The notes under the pieces were generated by a model. That model saw only the letters and a program-made list of their open reading frames with translations. It had not been told where the DNA came from and ran no database searches. From NCBI GenBank assembly GCA_964415355.1, contig CAYPYS010000002.1, positions 138,475-202,474 on the forward strand: a stretch of DNA of 64,000 nt. The letters are read 5' to 3'. The position numbers and the translations under genes are program-made. Shown in pieces: positions 37,749 to 47,610 of the stretch; the first letter of the stretch is position 1; each line of letters begins with the position of its first letter. The DNA comes from an uncultured Planctomycetia bacterium (GTDB taxonomy: Bacteria; Omnitrophota; Gorgyraeia; Gorgyraeales; Gorgyraeaceae).

Positions 37749-39191
37749 TCATGGCATAGTTGGTTTTTTCTTGTGCCAGTCTGTTGCTTGTTCGTAATTA
37801 TACGCTATTCTTAAAATCGCCTCTTCGTCAAAGGCCTTGCCCAATACCTGAAGCCCTATCGGCAGGTTCGATTTTGTAAAACCACAGGGAACGGAAATCC
37901 CAGGTATGCCTGCCAGATTCGCTGAAATAGTAAAGATATCCGAAAGATACATCGTAAGAGGATCGTCTGTCTTCTCGCCCACCTTAAATGCCGGAGTCGG
38001 AGAAGTGGGCGTGACGATAGCGTCGTACTTAGAAAACGCGTCTTCAAAATCCTTTTTTATCAATGTCCTCGCTTTTAATGCCTGGAGATAATACGCATCG
38101 TAATACCCGCTGGACAGGGCGAATGTCCCAAGCAATATCCTCCGTTTTGCTTCCTCGCCAAAGCCCTCTCGCCGCGTCTTCCTGTGCATCTCTATGACAG
38201 ATTTTGTAGCGCTCGCCCTTAACCCGTATTGTACGCCGTCAAATCTTGCAAGGTTCGAGCTGGCTTCTGCAGTCGCGATCAAATAATAGACGCTCACTGC
38301 GTACTCTGTGTGCGGCAAGGTCATGTCTTCGCAATGCGCTCCCATCTCTTGTAGCTTTTTTATTGCTACTGACACGGTCTCCTTTACTTCTTTATCAACG
38401 CCCTTTATAAAGTATTCTTTTGGGATGCCTATTTTTAGGCCTTTTATGTCTTTTTTTATCAATAAGGGAAAATCAGGAACAGGAGTATTTACAGATGTTG
38501 AATCCATTGGATCATGGCCTGATATAGCCTTTAATAAGAGTGCTGCGTCTTCCACATCCTTGGTAAGCGTGCCTATCTGGTCCAATGACGAGGCAAATGC
38601 TATGAGGCCATATCTGGAAACTCTTCCGTAGGTCGGTTTTAAGCCCACTACTCCGCAGAGTGAGGCTGGTTGCCTGATAGAGCCGCCTGTGTCTGACCCC
38701 AGCGCGAATACAGCTTCATCCGCGGCAACGCACGCTGCAGAGCCGCCGCTAGACCCGCCAGGGATCCTCTCTAGATCCCATGGATTTTTTGTCGCGCCGT
38801 AACAGGATGTCTCAGTGGAAGAGCCGAATGCAAACTCATCCATGTTAGTCTTGCCCATCAATAGGGCGTTTTCGTCCAGTAGCTTTTCTATTACAGTAGC
38901 GTTATAAGGCGGCAAAAAGCCTTTTAATATATCAGAGGAACATGTGGTGAGTTCATCTTTTACGCAGATATTATCTTTTATAAAAATCGGCAACCCCTGA
39001 AGCCCGCCTTTCTTTGGAGACTTGCTTCTCTCGAGGACCTTTTTCTTGTCAAAGTTCACTATAGCGTTCAGGGATTTATTTTTCTTTTCCACGGCCTCTA
39101 TAATACTCTGGCATATATCTATATGCGATATATCTCCATTATTGATAAGGCCTGTCAGTTCGTGCGCAGTAAGTTCGTTTAATTTTTTCAT
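37749..39191 (-). CDS. gatA: Asp-tRNA(Asn)/Glu-tRNA(Gln) amidotransferase subunit A
   Basis: 480 aa with the amidase signature ([33 protein letters not shown]). Confidence 0.9.
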   Translation of the reverse strand: MKKLNELTAHELTGLINNGDISHIDICQSIIEAVEKKNKSLNAIVNFDKKKVLERSKSPKKGGLQGLPIFIKDNICVKDELTTCSSDILKGFLPPYNATVIEKLLDENALLMGKTNMDEFAFGSSTETSCYGATKNPWDLERIPGGSSGGSAACVAADEAVFALGSDTGGSIRQPASLCGVVGLKPTYGRVSRYGLIAFASSLDQIGTLTKDVEDAALLLKAISGHDPMDSTSVNTPVPDFPLLIKKDIKGLKIGIPKEYFIKGVDKEVKETVSVAIKKLQEMGAHCEDMTLPHTEYAVSVYYLIATAEASSNLARFDGVQYGLRASATKSVIEMHRKTRREGFGEEAKRRILLGTFALSSGYYDAYYLQALKARTLIKKDFEDAFSKYDAIVTPTSPTPAFKVGEKTDDPLTMYLSDIFTISANLAGIPGISVPCGFTKSNLPIGLQVLGKAFDEEAILRIAYNYEQATDWHKKKPTMP

Positions 39192-39478
39192 GTCTCTATG
39201 ATCTTCTGGACCTTGAACAGGTCATCTTTTTTAGCAGGCGCGTTCTTCATTGCTTCGGAAGAGGGCAAGGATTTTTTAACAGCATCCTCCCTGTAGACAT
39301 TCCTTATCTCCAGGACATGGCTCGTGGGCTCAAGCTTCGAGGTGTCCAGCTTTTTCAGCTTATGGACATACTCTAAGATCCGGTCTAGCTGCTTAGTAAA
39401 ACAGCTTAACTCTTTATCATCCAGCCCTACCCTGGCCAGATTCGCCACATATTTGACAGTCTCTGTATTTATCGCCAT
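39188..39478 (-). CDS. gatC: Asp-tRNA(Asn)/Glu-tRNA(Gln) amidotransferase subunit C. The likely start is the [14 protein letters not shown] at 39478.
   Basis: GatC family. Overlaps the gatA start by 4 nt. Confidence 0.85.
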   Translation of the reverse strand: MAINTETVKYVANLARVGLDDKELSCFTKQLDRILEYVHKLKKLDTSKLEPTSHVLEIRNVYREDAVKKSLPSSEAMKNAPAKKDDLFKVQKIIET

Positions 39479-39486
39479 AATCTTGT

Positions 39487-39525
39487 TAACTTTACATTTC
39501 AACAACGTTAAAATGTAAAGTTAGG
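39487..39525. repeat. REP-like palindromic intergenic repeat copy
   Basis: taactttacatttcaacaacgttaaaatgtaaagttagg, about 9 nt upstream of the gatC start. Confidence 0.9.
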
Positions 39526-39532
39526 TTTTTTC

Positions 39533-40351
39533 TCAGCCAGCCAATGACGCAAACTGTTCCAATGATACTGTTTCAGGTCTCTGGGCCGGATCTACGCCAG
39601 CTAGCCGCAACCTTTTCAACATCTCTTCTTTTGACGCAAACGCCAGACTAGGATAAAGAGAACTGGATATCATCTTCCTGCGCTTGCCGAAACATATCCT
39701 TATTATTTTAAACAGTTTTTCCTCATCAGTCAAGTAAAGAGGTTTTTTGCGGATAGATATCTTTAAAAAATACGAATCGACTTTAGGCTGCGGGTAGAAC
39801 GATCCCTTCTTTACTGTAAACAATGCGGTTGGCTCTGAGTAAAACTGCGTAAAGCAAGAGATAGAGCCATATATCTTGCTGCCGGGCCTGGCGACAAGCC
39901 TTTCTCCGAACTCCTTCTGCACGGTTATAAAAATCGAATCGACAAAATTTCTGTTGTTTAATAGATGGATCAGGATGGGGCTCGATATGTAATAAGGAAG
40001 ATTTCCGACGATTTTTAACCGCTGCGGGCCAGTGTCGCGAAAATCATATCTTAATATGTCGCCGCGGATAAGATCTAAATTAGTCGATGCAGTCAGCTCA
40101 GAAACAAGAAACTCGTGCAGCCGCTTGTCCTTCTCGATCGCTATCACTTTATCGCTGCACTCGCACAGCTCTCCCGTAAGAGCAGCTAAACCCGGGCCTA
40201 TCTCGAGCACAACATCTTTCTTACCCGGCGCTATAGCCCTGACTATTTTTTCTTGCACATTCTTGTCTATAAGAAAATTTTGGCCTAGTTTTTTATTTGG
40301 CTTGATATTGTACCTGCGAAGGGTAGGTTTGATTTCTTTTATAGTCAGCAT
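39533..40351 (-). CDS. rsmA: 16S rRNA (adenine1518/1519-N6)-dimethyltransferase
   Basis: KKLGQNFLIDKNVQEKIV motif, KsgA family. Confidence 0.9.
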   Translation of the reverse strand: MLTIKEIKPTLRRYNIKPNKKLGQNFLIDKNVQEKIVRAIAPGKKDVVLEIGPGLAALTGELCECSDKVIAIEKDKRLHEFLVSELTASTNLDLIRGDILRYDFRDTGPQRLKIVGNLPYYISSPILIHLLNNRNFVDSIFITVQKEFGERLVARPGSKIYGSISCFTQFYSEPTALFTVKKGSFYPQPKVDSYFLKISIRKKPLYLTDEEKLFKIIRICFGKRRKMISSSLYPSLAFASKEEMLKRLRLAGVDPAQRPETVSLEQFASLAG

Positions 40352-41184
40352 CTAGAATTTTTGCACATACTAACCGCCAGTTTTATCGCTTGCTTCATAG
40401 ATCCCGGATTTGCTTTGTTCTTGCCTGCGATATCATATGCAGTGCCATGGTCAGGCGAGGTGCGCACAAAAGGAAGTCCAAGAGTTATATTTACCCCGTT
40501 TTCAAAAGCTATCATTTTAAAAGGTCCCAGTCCCTGATCATGATACATTGCTATTACCGCATCCAGCTTTTTATTAAACGCCATATAAAATGCAACGTCC
40601 GCAGGTAAAGGCCCCTGCAGCCTAGCGATTTTGGTTTTTGATTTTTTAATGGCCGGGATTATGACTTTTTTTTCCTCTTGCCCTATTAACCCATGTTCTC
40701 CGCTGTGCGGATTTAGCCCGCATATGCCGATCCTGGGTCTGGATAGATTGAAATATTTTTTCAAAGCAGCATGAGTCAAGGCTGCAGAATCTTCTATTCT
40801 TTTTCTAGTAAGGATTTTTGGCACTTCTTTTAGGGGAACGTGTCGAGTAACGAGCGTGACCTTTAAAAGAGGTGAATAAAACATCATCGCTATTTTTTTT
40901 ACGCGGGCGGCGCGGGCGAAAAACTCAGTATGTCCTTCGAAACGCACGCCTGTTTTATTGATAGCGGCTTTACTCACGGGTGCAGTAACTAAGCCGCAGG
41001 CGCGGCCTTTCTTTAAAATAGAAACAGCTCTTTCTATGGCTTCGAACCCAGTGTTATCGTGTGTGTTTATTACGGAAAATTCAGCGAGGGAGTTAACGCG
41101 AGGATCTTTAAGCGCTTTTTTTGTAATTTCAGGACCTATGCCTCTCGGGTCTCCTGTTGTAATCAAGATATGAGGTCTTTTCAT
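40345..41184 (-). CDS. pdxA: 4-hydroxythreonine-4-phosphate dehydrogenase. The track start 41217 is a repeat-derived extension; the likely start is the MKRPHILITTGDPRGIGPEI ATG at 41184.
   Basis: PdxA family signature with metal-binding His residues. Confidence 0.85.
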   Translation of the reverse strand: MKRPHILITTGDPRGIGPEITKKALKDPRVNSLAEFSVINTHDNTGFEAIERAVSILKKGRACGLVTAPVSKAAINKTGVRFEGHTEFFARAARVKKIAMMFYSPLLKVTLVTRHVPLKEVPKILTRKRIEDSAALTHAALKKYFNLSRPRIGICGLNPHSGEHGLIGQEEKKVIIPAIKKSKTKIARLQGPLPADVAFYMAFNKKLDAVIAMYHDQGLGPFKMIAFENGVNITLGLPFVRTSPDHGTAYDIAGKNKANPGSMKQAIKLAVSMCKNSRC

Positions 41185-41198
41185 ATAAAGCGCTTCCC

Positions 41199-41236
41199 TA
41201 ACTTTACATTTCAACAATGTTAAAGTGTAAAGTTAG
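41199..41236. repeat. REP-like palindromic intergenic repeat copy
   Basis: taactttacatttcaacaatgttaaagtgtaaagttag, about 15 nt upstream of the pdxA start. Confidence 0.9.
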
Positions 41237-41248
41237 AAGCGGGCATAG

Positions 41249-42193
41249 TTATTTTATCGATATATATGCTTCAGCTCTAAGTTCACCCAGCCATTCGTTC
41301 AGCTTTTCTTTAAATTTCTTTTGAAAAAGCCTGGCCTTGATGTTTCCCTGGACATCTTCAAGTGGCAGATAACCGGAATGCGTGATATCTCCTATCTTCA
41401 GAATATGGTAACCGATATTGCTCTTAATGGGCTTTGAGAATTCGCCTGGCTTTAAGTTGAATATAACCTGATCGAGTTCCTTTAGCATCTCGCCTTTTCC
41501 AATGAACCCCATGTCTCCGCCCCTGTCTTTATTAGGGCCTTGCGAATAAAGCCTTGCTAGTCCTGCGAAATCCTTTCCCTTCCCCAGCTTCGCGTAGATA
41601 TTCTCTATTTCCACTTTCGCTAATTCGAAGTCCACCTCATTATCCGCCTTTAGCAAGATATGCCAGACCCTATATTTTTCTTCCAACTTGAAATCCTCCC
41701 TGCGTTGCTCATAATATTCACTTATCTCAGACGGTAAAACAGCGACCCATGATTTTACCTCGATGTCCAAGACCTTTTTCATCATTATCTGGTCTTTATA
41801 TCTGTTTTTTAAATCAGCTACTGTGATACCCTGGGTCTTGATAGTATTATTAAAAACCTCTTCCGAAGGGAAGCTGCTCTTGACCGACTCCAGCTTTTTA
41901 TCTATCTCGCCTTCCCTTACCTTTATTTTCAGCTTTTTCGCGCGGCTCAATATCAATCTGTCTTCTATCATCTGTATCAGTATATCTTTTTTTGCCTCTT
42001 CCATTTTATCCAGCAGTTCGCTCGCCTCGTATTCCTGCACGTATTGAGCGTATAAGACTGCCAATAATTGGTCCACGTCTTGCTGGGTTATCACTTCATT
42101 ATTTATAACAGCGACCACTTTGTTCACGACCTGACCGTATGCGAACACAGGCTGCATGAGCATCAATAATAAAATCATTATCTTTACGTACAT
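41249..42193 (-). CDS. SurA-like periplasmic chaperone / parvulin-type peptidyl-prolyl isomerase
   Basis: Signal peptide, SurA N-domain and a PpiC domain (VWHILLK…GGDMGFIGKGEM…IGYHILKI). Confidence 0.75.
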   Translation of the reverse strand: MYVKIMILLLMLMQPVFAYGQVVNKVVAVINNEVITQQDVDQLLAVLYAQYVQEYEASELLDKMEEAKKDILIQMIEDRLILSRAKKLKIKVREGEIDKKLESVKSSFPSEEVFNNTIKTQGITVADLKNRYKDQIMMKKVLDIEVKSWVAVLPSEISEYYEQRREDFKLEEKYRVWHILLKADNEVDFELAKVEIENIYAKLGKGKDFAGLARLYSQGPNKDRGGDMGFIGKGEMLKELDQVIFNLKPGEFSKPIKSNIGYHILKIGDITHSGYLPLEDVQGNIKARLFQKKFKEKLNEWLGELRAEAYISIK

Positions 42194-42209
42194 TACAATG
42201 CCCTTCTCG

Positions 42210-42248
42210 TAACTTTACACTTTAACGTTGTTGAAATGTAAAGTTAGG
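42210..42248. repeat. REP-like palindromic intergenic repeat copy
   Basis: taactttacactttaacgttgttgaaatgtaaagttagg. Contains the mfd stop. Confidence 0.9.
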
Positions 42249-44139
42249 TGGTTTTGTTTAGGCCAGCTACTATTTCGCGAAGCATCCTGCAGTACAGATC
42301 AAATCCTATTGCTGAGATATAACCGTGTTGCTGCGACCCGAGCAGGTTGCCCGCACCCCTTATTTCCAGATCCTCCATGGCTATCTTAAACCCCGAGCCA
42401 AGTTCTTTATAGCGCTGGATGGCCCTTAGCCTTCTCTCTGATTCAGTACTTATAACACTGCCCTTGGGTTTCAAGAAAAATGCGTAGGCCTTGCTCTTGA
42501 ATCTCCCTACCCTGCCTTTTAATTGATATAAATCCGCGAGGCCAAACCTGTCTGCCCGGTTAACTATCAATGTATTTGCGTTTGGTATATCTATACCTGA
42601 CTCTATTATAACGGTACACACGAGAACGTCAATACTTCCTTTTATAAATTCCCTCATCACGCCTTCTAACTCTTTAGGCCTCATCTGACCGTGCGCAACA
42701 GATATCTTGACCTCAGGCACTGACTCCTGCAGATGGGACGCTACCCTGTCTATGCCTTTGACCCTGTTATGGATAAAGAACACCTGACCGCTCCTTTTCT
42801 TCTCTCTGACTATGGCCTTGCGGATAAGTCCTTTGTCGTATTCGGTGACGCAGACATCCACCGGCAGTCTATCCTGCGGAGGCGTCTCGATAATAGACAT
42901 ATCTTTTACTCCCATAAGGGACATGTATAGAGTGCGCGGGATAGGGGTCGCTGTGAGCGTCAACACGTCTACCATCAGCCTCATTCTCTTTAGTCTTTCC
43001 TTGTCCTTTACGCCAAACCTCTGCTCCTCGTCTATAATCACAAGACCAAGGTCTTTAAATTTAATATTTTTTCTCAGGATAGCATGGGTCCCTATGACAA
43101 TGTCCACGTTACCGTTCTTGACCGCCTCTAGAGTTTCCAGTATCTGTCCCTGCGATCTAAAACGACAGATCAATTCTACCCTGACGGGAAAATCCTCCAT
43201 CCTGTCCTTAAAGGTTATGTAATGCTGCTCTGCCAATAGCGTCGTCGGGACGAGGATGGCGACCTGCTTATTGTCCATGACTGCTTTAAATGCTGCGCGT
43301 AACGCGACCTCTGTCTTTCCGTATCCGACGTCGCCGCACAACAGCCTGTCCATAGGCTTGCCGGACTCCATGTCTCTCTTTGTTTCCAGGCAAGAACGCG
43401 CCTGGTCAGGCGTTTCTTTGAAAGGGAATTTCTCTTCGAATTGGCACTGCCAGTCAGTGTCTTTTGAAAATGCGAACCCGCTCAGGCTCGAGCGCATCGC
43501 GTTTACTTCCAAAAGATCGAACGCCAGTGAATAGATACCTTTTTTAACCCTATTTTTTGCCTTGCTCCACGTCTTTGTCCCCAGCCTATAGATCTTCGGC
43601 GGTCTTTTTTCAAACCCAACATACTTCTGTATCAAATGCATTTCTTCTATCGGCACGTATAATTTGTCATCCTCTGCGTACTCGATAACTATATGATCCT
43701 TGTCTTCGCCTTTAAAGCTTATCTTTTCAAAGCCTCTAAAGATGCCTATTCCATGCTCGACATGCACGACGTAATCATCGATCTGTACATCAATAAAAGA
43801 CTCAAGCGGCGCCGCTTCCCCTATCTCGAGTTTCTTAAGCGCTTTTCTCTTTGGATACAGGTTGAGCTTCGGAAGGATTATGACCATGGCATGTTCTTCC
43901 AGGGTCTCGCTTGACGCTATGCTGTAGCTTCTTATTAACTCTACCTTCTTTCCTACCAGCTCTATTCTTACTGGCCCGTCAAACGTAGGGGGGAATATAT
44001 CTATTATGCCTCCGCGCATGCTAAAATCGCCCGGCTCTGATATTCCCTGGCACCTCTCATAGCCATAATCGACCAGCTTTTTGGCAAGGGCCTTATACTC
44101 TATGTCTTTACCTCGGTATATTTTTATAGACTCGAACAT
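42244..44139 (-). CDS. mfd: Mfd-like transcription-repair coupling factor, short form lacking the N-terminal UvrB-homology module
   Basis: 631 aa. Starts in the D3-like region (GGIIDIFP), then a CarD/RID-like domain (YVVHVEHGIGIF), then an SF2 translocase (GDVGYGKTEVAL, DEEQRFG) and TRG motifs. Confidence 0.7.
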   Translation of the reverse strand: MFESIKIYRGKDIEYKALAKKLVDYGYERCQGISEPGDFSMRGGIIDIFPPTFDGPVRIELVGKKVELIRSYSIASSETLEEHAMVIILPKLNLYPKRKALKKLEIGEAAPLESFIDVQIDDYVVHVEHGIGIFRGFEKISFKGEDKDHIVIEYAEDDKLYVPIEEMHLIQKYVGFEKRPPKIYRLGTKTWSKAKNRVKKGIYSLAFDLLEVNAMRSSLSGFAFSKDTDWQCQFEEKFPFKETPDQARSCLETKRDMESGKPMDRLLCGDVGYGKTEVALRAAFKAVMDNKQVAILVPTTLLAEQHYITFKDRMEDFPVRVELICRFRSQGQILETLEAVKNGNVDIVIGTHAILRKNIKFKDLGLVIIDEEQRFGVKDKERLKRMRLMVDVLTLTATPIPRTLYMSLMGVKDMSIIETPPQDRLPVDVCVTEYDKGLIRKAIVREKKRSGQVFFIHNRVKGIDRVASHLQESVPEVKISVAHGQMRPKELEGVMREFIKGSIDVLVCTVIIESGIDIPNANTLIVNRADRFGLADLYQLKGRVGRFKSKAYAFFLKPKGSVISTESERRLRAIQRYKELGSGFKIAMEDLEIRGAGNLLGSQQHGYISAIGFDLYCRMLREIVAGLNKTT

Positions 44140-44146
44140 ACTTTTC

Positions 44147-44183
44147 TAACTTTACATTTCAACAATGTTAAAGTGTAAAGTTA
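44147..44183. repeat. REP-like palindromic intergenic repeat copy
   Basis: taactttacatttcaacaatgttaaagtgtaaagtta. Contains the argS stop. Confidence 0.9.
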
Positions 44184-45851
44184 CATCTTTGTTGGGGCGG
44201 AAACTCCTAAAAGGGTTAGCCCGCTGCGAAACACCTGTTGCAGCGCTGATATAAGGGCGATTCTCGCCTTGGTCAATGATTTATCATCTGTCGCAACGCG
44301 ATAAGAATCGTAGTAAGAGTGGAAAAGGACCGCCAGGTCCTGGAGATAAGAAAGCAATACAAATGGTTCCAGATTATTTGCCGAAGATTCTATTGTCTTG
44401 GGATACTGCATTAATTTTTTTATTATGCCTATCTCCTCTTTTTTGTCCAAGAGGTCAAGGGCAGCGCTTCTGGCCGCGCCCCTTTTCCCCGCAAATTTAA
44501 TGATGCTTGAGATCCTGGCGTGTGCATACTGGATATAATAGACAGGATTATCCATTGTCCGGGCCTTTGCCAGCTCTAAATCAAAATCCAAATGACTATC
44601 CGTCCGCCGCATCATAAAAAAGAATCTGCCAGCGTCTTTTCCGACCTCATCGATTATCTGTCTCAGCGTTACAAATTCCCCTTCTCGTGTCGACATCCTG
44701 ACAGGCTGCTTGTTCCTATAAAGAGATACAAGCTGCGAAATAAGTATAGAGATCCTCTCTTTGTCATGCCCCAGCGCCTGGCAGGCGGCTTTTATACGAT
44801 TTACGTATCCGTGATGGTCGGGCCCCCATATGTTTATTATCCTGTGGTAGCCTTTTTCCAGCTTGATCTTATGATAGGCGATATCAGGGGCAAGATAAGT
44901 ATAGCTGCCGTCATTCTTCATCACTACCCTGTCCTTATCATCCCCGAACCTGGTAGACGCAAACCAGGTAGCCCCGTCTTTTTCGTATAAAAACTTTTTT
45001 TCTTTCAAAATAGCCAGCGCTTTTTTTATCAGGTCTTTTTTGGAAAGTCTTCTCTGGCTGAACCACACGTCAAAAATAACGCCGAAATCTTTTAGGTCTC
45101 TTTTTATCGTGCGCATCATGTGCTTGTACGCGTAGTCACTAAAAACTCCGACGCCCGTATCTTCTATGCGGTTTTTTATTTTAGGGAAGCTTTGTAGTAT
45201 TTTTCTCGCTATTTCATAGATGTAATCACCCTTATAGCCGTTTTCCGGAAATTCCGAGGACTTACCTGCCACCTCTTTTGATCTAGCCTTGACTGACTCA
45301 CCCAAAAGTTTTATCTGTACGCCTTCGTCATTTATATAATACTCGCGGATGACTTTATACCCGCAGGCCCCGAGGATCTTCGCCAGGCTATCTCCTACAG
45401 CTGCCTGTCTTCCGTGAGCAACTGTCAGCGGGCCAGTCGGATTGGCGCTTACAAATTCTATCTGTATCTTTTTCCCGCGCCCCATAGAAGTCTTTCCAAA
45501 TTTACGGGACTCGGTCAATATCTCCCTGAGAGACAAGATGAAAGCTTTATTTGACAGGTAGAAATTTATGAAGCCCGGCTTTTCAACTCTTATTTCTTCG
45601 ATCATGCCGCCTAATTCGCAGGAAGCAATATCTTTCTTCAGGTTTTCTACTAAGGCTGCGGCAATATCGTTCGGTGACCTCCTGACTTCTCCAGCCAGGC
45701 GCATGGCGATATTAGTCGAAAAATCTCCAAATTTCCTGTTCTTGGGAATCTCTAGATAAAGATTGGATACTGCATTGCTGGAGTAGTCCGGGAATGTATT
45801 TTTTATGGCGCGGAGTATTGCTTCAATGAGGGAGGGTTCTATCTTTAACAT
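44181..45851 (-). CDS. argS: Arginine--tRNA ligase
   Basis: 556 aa with full-length ArgRS similarity (N-terminal Arg_tRNA_synt_N, catalytic core, DALR anticodon-binding domain). Confidence 0.9.
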   Translation of the reverse strand: MLKIEPSLIEAILRAIKNTFPDYSSNAVSNLYLEIPKNRKFGDFSTNIAMRLAGEVRRSPNDIAAALVENLKKDIASCELGGMIEEIRVEKPGFINFYLSNKAFILSLREILTESRKFGKTSMGRGKKIQIEFVSANPTGPLTVAHGRQAAVGDSLAKILGACGYKVIREYYINDEGVQIKLLGESVKARSKEVAGKSSEFPENGYKGDYIYEIARKILQSFPKIKNRIEDTGVGVFSDYAYKHMMRTIKRDLKDFGVIFDVWFSQRRLSKKDLIKKALAILKEKKFLYEKDGATWFASTRFGDDKDRVVMKNDGSYTYLAPDIAYHKIKLEKGYHRIINIWGPDHHGYVNRIKAACQALGHDKERISILISQLVSLYRNKQPVRMSTREGEFVTLRQIIDEVGKDAGRFFFMMRRTDSHLDFDLELAKARTMDNPVYYIQYAHARISSIIKFAGKRGAARSAALDLLDKKEEIGIIKKLMQYPKTIESSANNLEPFVLLSYLQDLAVLFHSYYDSYRVATDDKSLTKARIALISALQQVFRSGLTLLGVSAPTKM

Positions 45852-45875
45852 AAAAAAGGATACAAGCTAGCATCT

Positions 45876-47000
45876 CTATTTTTTTCCACGTTTTTTCTTA
45901 CCCAGAACCATTAGAAACACCTTAACGATCTCCGGGTCAAACTGCGTACCGGAGCCTTTCAGGAGTTCCTGTTTTGCCTTTTTCAGGGACAAGGCCTTTC
46001 TGTAGGGCCTGTCTGACACCATTGCTTCGTAGGCGTCCGCGATCGAAAGTATCCTTGCGCCCAAGGGTATTTTTTCTTTTTTTAGCTTTCCCGGATATCC
46101 GGTCCCGTCATATCTTTCGTGATGCCGTAGGATCAAAGGCGCCAGCTCTTTCAAAAAATCGATCTGCTCAACGATGCCTGAGCCTAAAACAGGGTGCATT
46201 AACATTACCTTCCACTCGTCAGCGTTCAGCCTCGACGTTTTTCTTAGAAGACCGACGTCTATCCCTATCTTACCTATGTCATGCAGGAGACTCGCATACT
46301 TAAGAACCTCTCTGTCGTGGCTGGAGATTTTCATGGCCTCGCCTACTTCCATGCAATTTTCCATGACATTTTCTGAATGGCCGTACGTGTAACTGTCCTT
46401 GGCGTCTATAATGTTTGATAGCGTCTTTATGGTATTAAGGTAGGCTATTTCAGCCTGCTCATATAATCTCGCGTTTTCGATGGCAATTGCCGCCTGGCTT
46501 CCAAACATCGACAAAAGCTTGACATCGTCTTCGGTATATTTACCGATCTTTTTGTTATAAACACTTATAACGCCCATTATCTTGTTCTTCAAGATCAAAG
46601 GCACTGTCAATAACGAGTGCAGCTTTTTCTGTCTTGCAATATTAGGGTACTTGTAAAGCTTTTCCTTGCGCAGGTCGTTGATGACGTAAGGCCTGGCTTC
46701 TTTGACCACCCTGCCTGCTATGCTCTCGCCGACCTTAAGCTGTCTTTTGACATTAAAATGGCTCGAGCTATCAAGCCCATAGGAAGCCTTTAGCAGTAAT
46801 GTTTCTCTTGTCTCATCCAGTAACCTGAGCGTACAAGAAGACGCATTTATGATCTTCGCAGCTTTTCGTGTGATAAGTTTTAGTGCTTGGTCTAAACGGA
46901 GAGTAGAGGTTATTAATTTACCGACTTCGTAGAGAGCAGAGAGTTCTTTTACTTTCTTCTGGAGGTTTTTTTCGAGCGTGTTTTTCTTTTTTTCTGACAT
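45876..47000 (-). CDS. GAF-domain HD-GYP phosphodiesterase (c-di-GMP signalling)
   Basis: GAF domain N-terminal, then HD (…HDIGKIGI…) and the HHERYDGTGYP motif. Confidence 0.8.
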   Translation of the reverse strand: MSEKKKNTLEKNLQKKVKELSALYEVGKLITSTLRLDQALKLITRKAAKIINASSCTLRLLDETRETLLLKASYGLDSSSHFNVKRQLKVGESIAGRVVKEARPYVINDLRKEKLYKYPNIARQKKLHSLLTVPLILKNKIMGVISVYNKKIGKYTEDDVKLLSMFGSQAAIAIENARLYEQAEIAYLNTIKTLSNIIDAKDSYTYGHSENVMENCMEVGEAMKISSHDREVLKYASLLHDIGKIGIDVGLLRKTSRLNADEWKVMLMHPVLGSGIVEQIDFLKELAPLILRHHERYDGTGYPGKLKKEKIPLGARILSIADAYEAMVSDRPYRKALSLKKAKQELLKGSGTQFDPEIVKVFLMVLGKKKRGKK

Positions 47001-47335
47001 AATCTAAGTTTCGGCGCATCGCCCCACAAGCCTTCTAAATTATAAAATTCCCTCAATCCACTCTTGAATATATGCGCAACTACGTTGTATGCATCGACAA
47101 GAATCCACTTGGCGTCCTGGTAGCCTTCTACGCTCGAAATGGATTCCCTGGCCTTGTGCAAGCCTTTTTGGATATTATCTGTGACTGACTGCGCTCTTCG
47201 CGCAGAACTCGCTGTAGCAATAATGAAGAAGTCCGTAATATTGGAAATCTTTCTCATGTCCAATATTACGATATCTTCCGCTTTCTTTGCCTTAGCGAGA
47301 TCCGCGACAAGTAGCGCCTTTTGTCTAGAGCTCAC
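46949..47335 (-). CDS. rsfS: Ribosomal silencing factor RsfS (Iojap family), GTG start
   Basis: …DIVILDMRKISNITDFFIIATASSARRAQS…WILVDAYNVVAHIF. Confidence 0.8.
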   Translation of the reverse strand: MSSRQKALLVADLAKAKKAEDIVILDMRKISNITDFFIIATASSARRAQSVTDNIQKGLHKARESISSVEGYQDAKWILVDAYNVVAHIFKSGLREFYNLEGLWGDAPKLRLCQKKRKTRSKKTSRRK

Positions 47336-47353
47336 GTATTATTCCGAAACCTC

Positions 47354-47500
47354 TTATTTTGATGCAAGGATGCAGAACATGTTTGTTCCGCAGGAAACGC
47401 AAACGCCTTTATTGGCTTTTCTCTTATTCTTCATCGTTACTTCCTTTGCGTTCTTCATTTCCTTCTTGGCCTTGCATTTTACGCAATAACCTTGTGCCAT
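47354..47500 (-). CDS. Small (48 aa) tetra-Cys zinc-ribbon protein (DUF5679-like). Not in the ORF track.
   Basis: Manual translation: MAQGYCVKCKAKKEMKNAKEVTMKNKRKANKGVCVSCGTNMFCILASK, preceded by a strong AAAGGAGGTG SD, with stop TAA at 47354-47356. Confidence 0.5.
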   Translation of the reverse strand: MAQGYCVKCKAKKEMKNAKEVTMKNKRKANKGVCVSCGTNMFCILASK

Positions 47501-47530
47501 ATCAGCACCTCCTTTTACGATTTTGAAACA

Positions 47531-47559
47531 AATTTAACACACTATCGCCAAATTGTCAA
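47531..47559 (-). promoter_or_regulatory. Candidate sigma70-type promoter for the small zinc-ribbon gene, directly downstream of a repeat copy
   Basis: Minus-strand TTGACA, a spacer of about 17 nt, then TAAATT. Confidence 0.3.
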
Positions 47560-47571
47560 ATTATTTCGCCC

Positions 47572-47610
47572 TAACTTTACATTTTAACGTTGTTGAAATG
47601 TAAAGTTAGG
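47572..47610. repeat. REP-like palindromic intergenic repeat copy
   Basis: taactttacattttaacgttgttgaaatgtaaagttagg. Contains the nadD stop and lies directly upstream of the candidate promoter. Confidence 0.9.
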
